DNA of 64,000 nt from Phycisphaerales bacterium (GTDB taxonomy: Bacteria; Planctomycetota; Phycisphaerae; WQYP01), in contig DAIDJN010000041.1 in NCBI GenBank assembly GCA_027451365.1, positions 1-64,000 on the forward strand, given 5' to 3'. The notes below the pieces were generated by a model. The model did not search any database and was not told where the DNA came from. It was given only the letters and a program-made list of their open reading frames with translations. The translations under genes were made by a program, and so were the position numbers. The stretch's first letter is position 1. Every line of letters begins with the position of its first letter. This document shows, piece after piece, positions 8,844 through 19,546 of this stretch.

Positions 8844-11800
8844 TTAGACCACAAGATTCAACATGCGATCTTTTATATAGACCTTCTTTTTTATCGCACG
8901 GCCTGCGAGTTTCTGCTGAATGATTTCATCCCGCAAGGCCGCGATGGCAACGGTTTCGGCATCAGACCCATTGGCTACTTTCACGCGCCCGGAAAGTTTG
9001 CCGTTGATCTGCACCGGCAGGTCAAGCTCCGAATCCGTACAAAGTTCCTCATCCCATTGCGGCCAGGCGACTGTCATGATGGATTGGGCAGATGCAGTCA
9101 ACTGCTCATGCAGTTCTTCGGCAATGTGCGGTGCAAACGGTTCAAGCAGTCGCAGCAATGTCCGGGCGGCAATATCTGGAATCCAGGTCAGTTTGGCCAG
9201 CGCATTGTTGAATTCCATCATGCCGCTAATGGCGGTGTTAAACGCCAGTCTTTCAATATCTCCGGTCACTTTCCGAATGGTCCGGTGCATGGGACGCAGA
9301 ATCGATTCGGCGTCGGCTGTGGCGACAGCGGCTTCAGCCGGGGTAAGGGGACGGGCCATCGGGCCACGGCCAAGCTGCCAGCCGCCGACGCCGTCCGGTA
9401 TGACAACGCGGCAAGGTTCATCACCACCATTGATATTCCGCCACACCCGCTGAAGAAAGCGGTAAACGCCTTCCACGCCGGTGGTGCTCCAGGGCTTAAC
9501 CTGCTCCAGTGGACCCATGAACATTTCAAACAAGCGCAGTGAATCGGCACCATAATCACGGATCACATCATCCGGATTCACCACGTTTCCACGGGATTTG
9601 CTCATTTTGAACGATCTGGCATCCACCGTAATGGTCGAATCAGCTTTCAGCACAAAACTGTCGCCTCGCTTTTCGATTTCCTCCGGCGGACAGGGCCGGC
9701 CTGTCAGCAATTCACCGGTTTGTCGCGATTTGGAGATAATTTGCGTTTTCCCATCGGGGCCGAGCCGCGAATCCCAGTTGGTGTCCACCTCCGCAAGTGG
9801 CACCATTCGTCCGGCTTCCGTGGCAAAAGCGGTGTATTCCGCTTCGCCCAGAATAAGCCCCTGGTTGACCAGCCGATGGAATGGCTCATCCGAGGAAACG
9901 TGCCCAAGATCAAAGAGAACCTTATGCCAGAACCGCGAATACAGCAGGTGAAGAACGGCATGTTCCACGCCGCCGATATATAGATCAATTCCCCGGCCGT
10001 GCATCCAGAATTTTTCCAGTTCCGGATCACAAAAGCGGCGGACATTGTGCGGATCCAAGTACCGCAAGTAATACCAGCATGACCCGGCCCATTGCGGCAT
10101 GGTGTTCACTTCGCGGCGACCTGGTATGCCGGTTTCGCCCGGCCGGGCCACACGGGCATGCTCGGCTCCGTGGGGACTGCCTGCCGGGTCGGCTGGTTCA
10201 ATCACCACGGAAATATCCCGCCATGCCAACGCCTTGGAAAGGGGCGGATCCATTGTGCCGGTGGGTTTAAAATCGGTTAATTGCGGCAATTCCAGCGGAA
10301 GTTCGCTTTCCGCCAGCGGAACATGGGTGCCATCGGTCAAATGCACAATTGGAAATGGCTCGCCCCAATAGCGCTGGCGCGAAAATAACCAGTCGCGAAT
10401 TTTAAAATTTACCTGTCGCTGGCCCACGCCGCGTGCTTCCAGCAGATCAATCATTTTCGCACGGGCTTCTGCGGTGGGCAGGTCGTTAATCCCGGGTGAA
10501 TTTGTTGCCCAGCCGTCCTGTTCCAGCGGAAGCTCAACGGGCTTGTCAGCCGCGCCGCGCGGCGATTGGGCGACAACTTGTTCAATCGGAAGACCGAATT
10601 TGCAGGCAAAATCAAAATCGCGGCGATCATGTCCCGGTACGGCCATAATCGCGCCGCTGCCATAGCCCATCAGAACGTAGTCGGAAATAAAAACCGGAAT
10701 CTTCCGGCCATTCACAGGGTTAATCGCGAAAATGCCGGTAAATGTGCCGGTCTTGTCAGTCTCTTCCTGACGCTGCCGTTCGGAACGGGAACTGGTCCAC
10801 TGCTGATAGGCCTGTACAGCCTGCCGCGGCGTTTTGGCAGTGTTGTATTTCCAGCAATCGGGCGTTTCCGCGGGCCAATCTTCGGGAATCAGCGTGCGCC
10901 CGCTGGTGACAGACGCCAGCGGATGTTCAGGTGCCAGCACCATATAGGTGGCACCGAAAAGTGTGTCTGGCCGCGTGGTAAACACTGTTACGACCTGGCT
11001 CTGGCCGGCCAGTCCAAAATGCACCAGTGCCCCATCCGACCGGCCGATCCAGTTCCGCTGCATCTGTTTAAGAGATTCCGACCATTCCAGGTTTTCCAAA
11101 CCGTCCAGCAGTCGCTGGGCGTAGGCCGTAATGCGCAGCATCCACTGCCGCATAGGTCGGCGTTCAACCGGAAAGCCGCCCACTTCGCTTTTTCCGTCAA
11201 TTACTTCCTCGTTGGCCAGAACCGTCCCCAAGGCGGGACACCAGTTCACGGGCGCTTCGACCTCGTAGGCCAGGCGGTAACCGGAAAGCAGTTTTCTGCG
11301 CTGACTGGCGGTCATATCGGTCCAGGCGATCGATTTTTCCGGGGTCGAAAATTCCACTGGAATTGGGCGTAGGCCAGTGGCAAATTCCGCAACAAGTTCG
11401 CGGATCGGGCGGCCTCTGCCCGTGGCCGAGTCAAACCAGGTGTTATATAACTGAAGGAATATCCATTGTGTCCAGCGATAATAAAGCGGATCGGTGGTGT
11501 TCACTTCGCGATCCCAGTCGTAGGAAAATCCGATGGCCTGCAGTTGGGCACGGAAGCGGTCGATATTTTTCCGCGTAATGACTCCCGGATGGGTATCCGT
11601 TTTGATCGCGTATTGTTCCGCGGGCAGGCCAAACGCATCCCATCCCATCGGGTGCATGACGGCAAAACCGCGGGCGCGCTTATAGCGGGCTACGATATCG
11701 GTGGCGGTATACCCCTCCGGATGGCCGACATGCAATCCTTCGCCCGAGGGATACGGAAACATGTCCAACACATAAAAAGGCGGCTTGCCCTCCGCTGGTC

Positions 11801-11876
11801 GCGCTGCAAACGCCGCGCTTTGCAGCCATCGGGCCTGCCATTTTTTTTCAATACTTACCGGATTGTAGCCCGCCAT
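8844..11876 (-). CDS. leuS: Leucine--tRNA ligase
   Basis: DMFPYPSGEGLHVGH, GWDAFGLPAE, FTTRPDTLFG editing domain, SRQRYWG, KMSKS. Confidence 0.98.
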   Translation of the reverse strand: MAGYNPVSIEKKWQARWLQSAAFAARPAEGKPPFYVLDMFPYPSGEGLHVGHPEGYTATDIVARYKRARGFAVMHPMGWDAFGLPAEQYAIKTDTHPGVITRKNIDRFRAQLQAIGFSYDWDREVNTTDPLYYRWTQWIFLQLYNTWFDSATGRGRPIRELVAEFATGLRPIPVEFSTPEKSIAWTDMTASQRRKLLSGYRLAYEVEAPVNWCPALGTVLANEEVIDGKSEVGGFPVERRPMRQWMLRITAYAQRLLDGLENLEWSESLKQMQRNWIGRSDGALVHFGLAGQSQVVTVFTTRPDTLFGATYMVLAPEHPLASVTSGRTLIPEDWPAETPDCWKYNTAKTPRQAVQAYQQWTSSRSERQRQEETDKTGTFTGIFAINPVNGRKIPVFISDYVLMGYGSGAIMAVPGHDRRDFDFACKFGLPIEQVVAQSPRGAADKPVELPLEQDGWATNSPGINDLPTAEARAKMIDLLEARGVGQRQVNFKIRDWLFSRQRYWGEPFPIVHLTDGTHVPLAESELPLELPQLTDFKPTGTMDPPLSKALAWRDISVVIEPADPAGSPHGAEHARVARPGETGIPGRREVNTMPQWAGSCWYYLRYLDPHNVRRFCDPELEKFWMHGRGIDLYIGGVEHAVLHLLYSRFWHKVLFDLGHVSSDEPFHRLVNQGLILGEAEYTAFATEAGRMVPLAEVDTNWDSRLGPDGKTQIISKSRQTGELLTGRPCPPEEIEKRGDSFVLKADSTITVDARSFKMSKSRGNVVNPDDVIRDYGADSLRLFEMFMGPLEQVKPWSTTGVEGVYRFLQRVWRNINGGDEPCRVVIPDGVGGWQLGRGPMARPLTPAEAAVATADAESILRPMHRTIRKVTGDIERLAFNTAISGMMEFNNALAKLTWIPDIAARTLLRLLEPFAPHIAEELHEQLTASAQSIMTVAWPQWDEELCTDSELDLPVQINGKLSGRVKVANGSDAETVAIAALRDEIIQQKLAGRAIKKKVYIKDRMLNLVV

Positions 11877-12084
11877 CGCGTCGCATCTCCAAATTCAATT
11901 CCCGCAAGGATACGTGACGTTTTCTTCCGCAACAAGCGGCCGGGACGCAGCAAGCCGGGGCAGGTGCTTCGTTCCAATATCGCGCAACCTTGGGCTTGGC
12001 CATGGGCGCGGCCGCGCACTGTTGGCAGATATTGCCAACTGCTTCCTGATTTTACCGCTTGCGGCTTGTCTGCCGGACTTGAAA

Positions 12085-12822
12085 TTAACCGAATTCATTC
12101 CCTTTGAAGGAATGTCCAAGATAGGTCTGGCGGACCAGATCGTTGTTAATCAATTCCCGCGGCGTGCCCTGCGCCAGCACTTTCCCGTCGGAAATTATCA
12201 ACGCCCGATCGCATACTTCCAGCGTGCGTTGCACATTGTGGTCGGTAATCAGGATCGCCTTGTCCATCTGCTCGCGCAGCTGCCGAATTTCCCGCTGCAG
12301 ATCTTCCACAGCAATCGGATCTACTCCGCTGAATGGTTCATCCAGCAGAATCAGGGATGGATTGGTGATCAGCGACCGGGCGATTTCCAGTTTGCGCCTT
12401 TCCCCGCCCGAAAGGGTATGAGCCTTCTGCTTCCGTGTGTGACTTAAGCCGAATTGCGCCATAAGTCGGTCGGCTTCCGCAAGCCGTTCTTTGCGCGAAC
12501 GATGTGTGAATTCCAATATGGCCAGCAGATTATCCTGCACCGAAAGCCGCAGAAAAACCGAAGGTTCCTGGGAAAGATATCCCATGCCGCGGCGCGATCG
12601 CTTGTACATTGGAAGCTGAGTGATATCGAGTCCGTCAAAAAGCACCTGTCCGCTTTCCGGCGTGACCATTCCGATAATCATCCGGAAAGTGGTCGTTTTG
12701 CCCGCGCCATTGCGGCCCAGTAAACCGATGACCTCCTTGTGCCCTACTTCAAATGACACGTGGTCCACGACGGTACGGCCGCCATATTTTTTTACAAGAT
12801 TTTGGGCTTTTAGCAGAATCAA
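12085..12822 (-). CDS. lptB: LPS export ABC transporter ATP-binding protein
   Basis: GLLGRNGAGKTT, LPMYKRSRRGMGYLSQEPSVF, LSGGERR, LDEPFSGVDP, ITDHNV. Confidence 0.95.
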   Translation of the reverse strand: MILLKAQNLVKKYGGRTVVDHVSFEVGHKEVIGLLGRNGAGKTTTFRMIIGMVTPESGQVLFDGLDITQLPMYKRSRRGMGYLSQEPSVFLRLSVQDNLLAILEFTHRSRKERLAEADRLMAQFGLSHTRKQKAHTLSGGERRKLEIARSLITNPSLILLDEPFSGVDPIAVEDLQREIRQLREQMDKAILITDHNVQRTLEVCDRALIISDGKVLAQGTPRELINNDLVRQTYLGHSFKGNEFG

Positions 12823-13034
12823 AATATTTTCCGCCTGCGTGGGCCGGAAATCTGGGTCCGGCGGATTGACTCCTTCAAGGCCGGCGCGCCGCCGACCTGC
12901 GCTTCATGCGCGAGCCGGTATTCTCGCGGTCAGGGGCACTCGTGGCAAGTCTGTCCGGTTTTGCCCACCGATCGCAGCCATCCGCGGAGCGCGTTGGAAA
13001 CCGGCTTTCCGCTTCCGGTCCGGCTGATTTCCGC

Positions 13035-14450
13035 TCAATTTCTGGCAAGCAGCCGTGCGGGCCATTCGAGCGATAAATCCGGCACAAGAAACTGTGCCGC
13101 CGGTCCGTCCGGTCGAATCGCCTTCACGACCGCCTCGGCGGCCAGATACCCGCTGCGCACGGCGCCTTCCATGGTCGCCGGCCAGTCTGTTCTGGTGTAA
13201 TCACCGGCTAAAAAAAGGTTTCCAATGCCGCCCGGCGGGGGAGCCTGCATCGGTCGCAAATCATCCGACCCCGGCAACGGTGAAAATGTGGCGCGCTTTT
13301 CCACTACAATCCGGCTGCGCGTCATGACTGCCCCGGTTTTGGCAAAGAGCCGCTTTAATTGCTGTGTAAAGGCCTCGATTGCCACCGGATGCGGCGTGTC
13401 CGCCCAGTCGCGGGCCGCGCTGATGACCCCATGCAGGACCCGCCCCTGGGAATCTTTCCGAAACAGCCATTGCAGCGGTCCCTCAAAAAGCGCTGCGTGG
13501 GTCTGCCGCATGACCGGCCGGTCAAACCAAAGGTGCACACCCAGAATCGGAACTGTTTGGAGTTTGTCCAATCCCGCAAAACGCCGGTCTTTGGAAAAAA
13601 GGTCGGCGGGAATTAAACGCGATATGGCATGGTGGTTTGTTGCCAGCACAACCGCATCGGCGGCAATCTGTTCCCCGCTGGACAGCTTGACTCCACAGGC
13701 GATGCCTGCGTTAAAACCGATCTCCGCAACACGGGTATTCAATCGCAAATCCGGGCAGGGCCGGTTGGCATACAATTCTTCCAAGGGGCAGCCAGGCAAG
13801 CCCACCACATATCCGTCCCGGTGACCGAGCATGGCATCCTGATATACCTGAATCGCATATTTAGCGCTGACTGCGCGTGAATCTTCATTAAGCGCACTAA
13901 TCAACACAGGGTCGTAAAAGCGCTGAATCAGGCGGTCAGACTGTCCCATACGGCGCAGCCAGTCGCCGAACGCTTCGCCTTCCAGACGCTGTCGGCCCGC
14001 CGGCCCCATGCGCAGCATCGCCAGCATGGCCCGGGTCATGGCCAGTCGATCGCGCACGCCCAGTGCGGAAAACAATGCCATGGAAAGCCCCAGATGCAGG
14101 GGTGCGGGCAGGCCGCCAACGGCCCATAAATTAAATTCCCGCCCATCCGCATCCAGGTAATGCACAGTGCGCTGCCACTGAATTTTTTCCGCCACGCCCA
14201 GCCGGCGGTAACAGTCCATCAGATTGGTACAGCATCCAAGCAATACATGCTGGCAGTTATCCAGCAGTTCACCGGTGTGTGCATCCTGAAATGAACTCGC
14301 CCGACCGCCCAGCTCCCGCCGGGCTTCAACCAGTGTTACCCCAATGCCCGCACTGTGCAGCGCCGCCGCCGTCGCTATACCGGCCAGTCCGCCACCCACC
14401 ACGACCACGCGCGGTGAGTTGATTTTGGGAAATTGCGTAACGTTTGCCAT
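13035..14450 (-). CDS. hpnE: Hydroxysqualene dehydroxylase (hopanoid pathway FAD oxidoreductase)
   Basis: GGGLAG, LGGRASSF, DNCQHVLLGCC, EKRATF, LAGDYT..WPATMEGAVRSG. Confidence 0.9.
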   Translation of the reverse strand: MANVTQFPKINSPRVVVVGGGLAGIATAAALHSAGIGVTLVEARRELGGRASSFQDAHTGELLDNCQHVLLGCCTNLMDCYRRLGVAEKIQWQRTVHYLDADGREFNLWAVGGLPAPLHLGLSMALFSALGVRDRLAMTRAMLAMLRMGPAGRQRLEGEAFGDWLRRMGQSDRLIQRFYDPVLISALNEDSRAVSAKYAIQVYQDAMLGHRDGYVVGLPGCPLEELYANRPCPDLRLNTRVAEIGFNAGIACGVKLSSGEQIAADAVVLATNHHAISRLIPADLFSKDRRFAGLDKLQTVPILGVHLWFDRPVMRQTHAALFEGPLQWLFRKDSQGRVLHGVISAARDWADTPHPVAIEAFTQQLKRLFAKTGAVMTRSRIVVEKRATFSPLPGSDDLRPMQAPPPGGIGNLFLAGDYTRTDWPATMEGAVRSGYLAAEAVVKAIRPDGPAAQFLVPDLSLEWPARLLARN

Positions 14451-14663
14451 TTTGCCGCCGGCCAAGGTTTTCCAGCCGGTTCGTATTGAACAAATTTGCG
14501 GGCGATGCCGGCTTAGACCCGCGCTGGCGGATTATAGCGATGTTTGGAGTTTGCGCGACATTTTTGATGCCAAGGCGGTGCCGCGCGACCACACTTGCGG
14601 GTCGCAAAGGCAAATTCGCGATACGCCAACTGCCTTGCTGCCGGAATATTTACCAGCCCGCGT

Positions 14664-17432
14664 TTACATCTCTTTTTTGTATTCCGCATATACCCGGTAG
14701 GGGGCGACCGTTGCCGTCCGCAGCCCGGCCGGTTTGTCCACACTTCGCAAACAGAGCGCAATTGTATTGGTCTTTCCGGTCGCATTGAGCCAGCAGTCCG
14801 GTAGAAAGAATTCGCGCTGGCCGCCATGTTCCCAGATTCTGCCTATATTATGACCATTTAAATATATAAATCCGTTGCCGCTGGCCGACAGCTTCAAACA
14901 CCACGGAACCCAAATGCCCGCCGCGACCTGCGGCAGTGTGAAAGCCATGCGAAACCAGGTCAACGGGGACTCTTGCGGTGCCACGGCGGACGGCAGTTGA
15001 TGATGCGACCATTGTGCGTCATTAAATTCAGGCTTTTGCCAGCCAAGTGCCTCGCCGGTCGGTCCGGTGGCCACTTCCAGATGTCCGGTCAGCCTGCCCC
15101 ATGTATCCGGCTGGGCAATAATCGCCGGTTCCCCGATGCCGCCCCAGTGGCCAAGTTCCTGAACCACCAGTGCGATTGTATTTTCCCCGCGGTGCAGCAG
15201 TGGACCAATGTTCAGGGTGGGGCCAATGCCGCCCACCATGCCGGCCGCTTTGCCATTGACAAACACCCACGCCCGACTGGATACCAGACCGAATCGCAGC
15301 AGGCCGCGACCGTGCCGCGCGTCCGCTTCCGTCATATTAAATCGTGTACGGAACACCGCGGACTGTCTGTGACCAATTTCATGGGGATGCATATTCGCCG
15401 TATGTGCCATGTGCCAGTCCGCATCGGAATAGTCCGGCTTAATTTCCGCCAGATACCTGATGTTGCGTGGAAGTTTCACCTGCTTGAATCGCCAGTGATC
15501 CAACGAGTCGGCCACGGTCTGGGTCGGTGCAAGGCCAATATTCGTTATGCCAAACGTGCTCTGCAAGCCATAGCCGGAATTGGGGTGTCCGGCATTCTCA
15601 TACACAAACAGCGCGTCGATTGCCCCATTAACCGGCGCTTCCGGCAGCGGAAAAATTGCGGGCGAGCCTGTCCGGGAGGCGGGATAGATGACATGTCCGG
15701 AAATCAGCGCTGTGGCTGAATCCTGACTGTTAAGCTGGGTGGTTATTGACGCGGCTCCCGTTGGGCTTTCTCTGTTCACATGCACCCGGCCGCGATAATA
15801 GGTGAATCCACTTTCGTAAATTCCCATCGCGGCCAGCGAATGCCCTTCAGGCACGGGACGAAAATTCTGTGGCTGTGAGTCAGGTGCCATCCGGACGCTG
15901 GTGATGACCACGGCATCGGGTATGGCCCTGGGGCGGCGAAGTGGCGCAACTTTTGGCGGCAGCCACTCACCAAGAGCTGGCCTGACTTCACCCGGCGGCA
16001 GATACAGCACCTGAAAATCCGCCCGGGCAAGTCGCACCGACAGGCCCACGCGACCCAGGCCGGCAATCTGGGCTTCCATTCTGACCGCTGCGGCCCGCGC
16101 GCGATCCGTATTGCGGATAAAAATAAAGTGAGCCCCATCTGGTGACTTGCGGGCACCGATTTCAATGTTGCGCGGCAGCCGGTCAACCCGCACCGCGGTT
16201 TCTATCGAACGTGCCAGCGCCGGGCCGTGCCGCTGAATCATTTTTCCGATCGCCGCGACCTTCAGCCATTTAGCGCCCACGCCGCCGTTTTCCCGAATTG
16301 GCGCGCAATAATCGTAGGTTGTCGCCACATTGGCACCCGCACGCCCACCGAAATTTGTGCCGCCGAACAGCATGTAATAATTTAATGCGGTCATGCCATG
16401 CCGTATGGAAAAAAGCGTCAGGGCGTTGATCTGGTCCGGCCCGACATTGTCCGCATAGGTATCATGATCGGTTTGCAGATATGGCGTGGCCCCCACGGAT
16501 GTAAAATAGCCGCCCTGCATTTCCGCAGCCATCACCGGAGCATCCGGCTGGCCATTGCGATAATGTTTTATGCGATGAAGCATGGCCGGAAACTGCCAGC
16601 CGGGATAGCGGTCAAGAGTGTCAAACACTTCGTCAGTCAGGCGATCGTGGGAGCCTAGAATAAAGCCGGCAAGGTTGGTGAATAGCGGGACTTCAATACC
16701 ATTTCCACGGGCCTGGTCAATCAGGTCCTGCAGATGCGATTTTTTCTCATTTAACGGTACGCCGATCAGGCCGTATTCATTCTCCACCTGCATCAACAGG
16801 ACGCCTTTGGTGCCCGCGGGCTTACGGTTGATCTGGTGCCGCGCAATTGTGCGGCATACCGCCTGCATCCAGTGGTTGGCCCAAGGAGTATAAGATGCCG
16901 CGTTGCTGCGCAGCCACATTCCGCGGTGATGCGGCGGAATTTTCGGAATCAGCCATTGCGGATAGCCGCCTGTGTCCCATTCGCCGCACATATACGGCCC
17001 GCATCGCACAATGGTATACAGGCCGAACTGCGTCGCCATGGTCAGGAATTCATCCAAAAGGGTCATGTCACATTGGGAAAAATCGTCCGGGCCGTTCGGC
17101 ATCCGCGGTTCATGCAGATTCCACGGGGTGTAAGTCTGCACGGTGTTAAAGCCGGCATCTCGGATTTTTTCAAAGCGGGCCGGCCAAAGCTCTTTGGGCG
17201 CGCGGCAATAATGGAATGAACCGCTGTACAAAAAGAAGGGCTGATTTTCCACATACAGACTTAAGCGGTCATAGCGAATGCGGTCCGGATGCGAAAAAAT
17301 CCGACGCCCTTTTGTCTGCCGCGCAAAAACCGGAATTTCGGTCCCGGAAGTCGCCAGCCCTGCCATCCAGCCCAGCGCGGTATATTTGCAAAAGTCGCGG
17401 CGGCTCTGGCCACGCGGTTCTCTGGATGACAT
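14664..17432 (-). CDS. Tat-exported GH35 beta-galactosidase-like glycosidase
   Basis: SRRDFCK twin-arginine signal; SGSFHYCR, WNLHEP, QVENEYG (acid/base), AEMQGG (nucleophile), YYMLFGGTNFG, TTYDYCAPI. Confidence 0.9.
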   Translation of the reverse strand: MSSREPRGQSRRDFCKYTALGWMAGLATSGTEIPVFARQTKGRRIFSHPDRIRYDRLSLYVENQPFFLYSGSFHYCRAPKELWPARFEKIRDAGFNTVQTYTPWNLHEPRMPNGPDDFSQCDMTLLDEFLTMATQFGLYTIVRCGPYMCGEWDTGGYPQWLIPKIPPHHRGMWLRSNAASYTPWANHWMQAVCRTIARHQINRKPAGTKGVLLMQVENEYGLIGVPLNEKKSHLQDLIDQARGNGIEVPLFTNLAGFILGSHDRLTDEVFDTLDRYPGWQFPAMLHRIKHYRNGQPDAPVMAAEMQGGYFTSVGATPYLQTDHDTYADNVGPDQINALTLFSIRHGMTALNYYMLFGGTNFGGRAGANVATTYDYCAPIRENGGVGAKWLKVAAIGKMIQRHGPALARSIETAVRVDRLPRNIEIGARKSPDGAHFIFIRNTDRARAAAVRMEAQIAGLGRVGLSVRLARADFQVLYLPPGEVRPALGEWLPPKVAPLRRPRAIPDAVVITSVRMAPDSQPQNFRPVPEGHSLAAMGIYESGFTYYRGRVHVNRESPTGAASITTQLNSQDSATALISGHVIYPASRTGSPAIFPLPEAPVNGAIDALFVYENAGHPNSGYGLQSTFGITNIGLAPTQTVADSLDHWRFKQVKLPRNIRYLAEIKPDYSDADWHMAHTANMHPHEIGHRQSAVFRTRFNMTEADARHGRGLLRFGLVSSRAWVFVNGKAAGMVGGIGPTLNIGPLLHRGENTIALVVQELGHWGGIGEPAIIAQPDTWGRLTGHLEVATGPTGEALGWQKPEFNDAQWSHHQLPSAVAPQESPLTWFRMAFTLPQVAAGIWVPWCLKLSASGNGFIYLNGHNIGRIWEHGGQREFFLPDCWLNATGKTNTIALCLRSVDKPAGLRTATVAPYRVYAEYKKEM

Positions 17433-17442
17433 AAGCAATTCC

Positions 17443-19374
17443 TTACGGTTTGACCGCCAGTTCCAGTGCGTCATACATGACCGCGCCAACGCGGAATGCG
17501 CGAAATCGCCGCTGTGCAGTGGCGGAAGCGGGAATTTTAATTGGATTTGTGAAGCCCAGTGTGAGCCGGTTTAACCCGGATTTCAGCAGGTTCGCCGGGA
17601 ATCGAACCAGTCGCACCTGATGCAGGCTGTCCTGACCGCCGCTGCGGTATACGGCCGCCCCACTTTTCTTAAGATGCAGCACCACCACCCGCCTGCCATT
17701 GACGCCAACCGCCAAACCACCGTGCGGGATAAGCGTTGCGCAGAAGCCGAGCGTGAGTGTGGCTGTGCCATGCTGCTGGCGGGGCAGGTTAAATTTAATA
17801 GTCCAGTATGGCTTTTTGCAATACCAACCCCATTGCGCAAAATTCCAATCCTTTGCCGGCGTACTCGACCCGATGGTGTAGGTGACATCATTGGGGAAAT
17901 TTCTGACATACCGCAAAAAGTTGCTGTAATGGCGAACATTGTTGCCATCAAAAAATTCCCGGTCGCTGCGGTCGGCTTTGCCGATTTCCCATAACACCCG
18001 CCCATGTGTATTGGGCCGCCAGTGCAGAATTCCCAAATTGGTCGTCCGGTTCGGACCGACCTGCACATGGTGCTCAATAAAATCCGTGAACTGGTTGGCA
18101 CCGCTGATCGAAAGTTTGTAGTTGCCCGGGCGTACATCCGTCAATCGGAACGCGCCAGTCGGCCCCACCCGCGTCCAGAACTCGTAATGAGCCGCCTGCA
18201 TGGCCCAGTCCGTGGAATTGTCCGCACTTAGCACCGCCCAGGCACCGGCCGGATGATTGCCGCCGGCCACCTGAATCGTGGCCGAAACCGTTCCGCGCGC
18301 CAGCGGATAATAGGCACTTTTAAGCCACTGGAATGGCCGTTGAAGCCGCAGTTGGCGCGCTTCCCGGCGGGCCGCGCGGTACATCGCTATCGGGGAATTG
18401 CCGTTGTTGACCGCGATATAAACCGGGCCGAAAAATTTGGTCCAGTTATCGTTGCGGGCGATGCGGATATCGCCAGCTCCGAAATGGCCGCCATCGAACA
18501 TTGCCAGAATATTGTTTTTGGTCAGGCGTTGCCCTACGCGTTGCTGGTGCACCGTCAGGTCCTGCCGCAGCGGGCCGCCATTGATATAGGATGTGCCTGG
18601 AAAATCCATCCACAGCCCCACATGCGGCCCGGCCAGTCCGTAACAGAGAAACTGATAGCCAAACAGGCAGTAATCATACTTGCACCATATCTGTCCATTG
18701 GAAAGAAGTTCCGTTACATCCTGCAATTTCTGCACGCAGCGCTCTTCCGGCAGTGTTCCGATCAGAGGTGAATCGACCGCATATTTATCGACGGCCCAGT
18801 CACGAAATACGCTGTGGCCGTCGGCTGCCTTTACCACAAAACGGGTCTGAAAAATCACGCCGCCCGGTGCTCCGGCGGCATGGTGGAACACCACCCAGCC
18901 GTAAATTCCCGCCTGTCCGCGGCGGATTTCAAAATGCACCCGTTCGGCAAACGGAAACCAGTACGACGCCGGACCATTGAAAATGATTTCAGCGCTTTGC
19001 TTCCCTTTTTTTTCGATGCGCATTCCCTTGCCGGTCAGCGGTACAAAGTAAGTCCGTCGCCGCGGGGCGCTGCCCGGATGCCGTGGACGCGAAGTGCGAA
19101 TGCCGTTGGCGTCAAAATAAATTCCGTAGGCTTGATTCAGCAATTCCAGCCGACGGCCACCCTGTTCGTCAATCAGGGAAACAATTCGTGCCTTGCGGCG
19201 CGAAAAGTCCACCCGAATTAGACCGTTGTTCACAATCACGTCATTGGCCGTTTGTCGCACCACGACCGGCGGCGCGGCCATGATTGCAGTCGCTGCCGAA
19301 AAGGCCGTCAATAGGCCGAGTAAAATGGCAAAGCCGCTGCGACAAACCGATGATTGTTTTTTATAGTTTTCCAT
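17443..19374 (-). CDS. PL4 rhamnogalacturonan endolyase-like protein
   Basis: Signal peptide; KYDY, GGPLRQDLTVH, GGHFG, WTKFFGP, VRPGNY, LWEIGKADRS, MYDALEL. Confidence 0.85.
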   Translation of the reverse strand: MENYKKQSSVCRSGFAILLGLLTAFSAATAIMAAPPVVVRQTANDVIVNNGLIRVDFSRRKARIVSLIDEQGGRRLELLNQAYGIYFDANGIRTSRPRHPGSAPRRRTYFVPLTGKGMRIEKKGKQSAEIIFNGPASYWFPFAERVHFEIRRGQAGIYGWVVFHHAAGAPGGVIFQTRFVVKAADGHSVFRDWAVDKYAVDSPLIGTLPEERCVQKLQDVTELLSNGQIWCKYDYCLFGYQFLCYGLAGPHVGLWMDFPGTSYINGGPLRQDLTVHQQRVGQRLTKNNILAMFDGGHFGAGDIRIARNDNWTKFFGPVYIAVNNGNSPIAMYRAARREARQLRLQRPFQWLKSAYYPLARGTVSATIQVAGGNHPAGAWAVLSADNSTDWAMQAAHYEFWTRVGPTGAFRLTDVRPGNYKLSISGANQFTDFIEHHVQVGPNRTTNLGILHWRPNTHGRVLWEIGKADRSDREFFDGNNVRHYSNFLRYVRNFPNDVTYTIGSSTPAKDWNFAQWGWYCKKPYWTIKFNLPRQQHGTATLTLGFCATLIPHGGLAVGVNGRRVVVLHLKKSGAAVYRSGGQDSLHQVRLVRFPANLLKSGLNRLTLGFTNPIKIPASATAQRRFRAFRVGAVMYDALELAVKP

Positions 19375-19546
19375 TTGCGACACCTATTCTAATCATCGGT
19401 ACGGCATTTGTCGAATGTCAGATCAAAAATTTAACGGGTGTGCGGGTAAACGCCGCGGATAGTTGACGTGAGGCCACTATAATCCTGCCAATCGGTGGGG
19501 TCGTCCTGCTCGAGGACTTTTCCCGGGATCCTCGTTCCCCGCCCCG

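Noticed and set aside
8361..9542. 393-aa plus-strand ORF and many similar antisense or overlapping ORFs across the window
   Set aside because: Shadow frames of well-supported genes in GC-rich DNA, with no motifs.
11895..12119. Possible frameshifted C-terminal extension of lptB
   Set aside because: LptB is already full length (245 aa, ending YLG..); the extra ORF has no recognisable motif.
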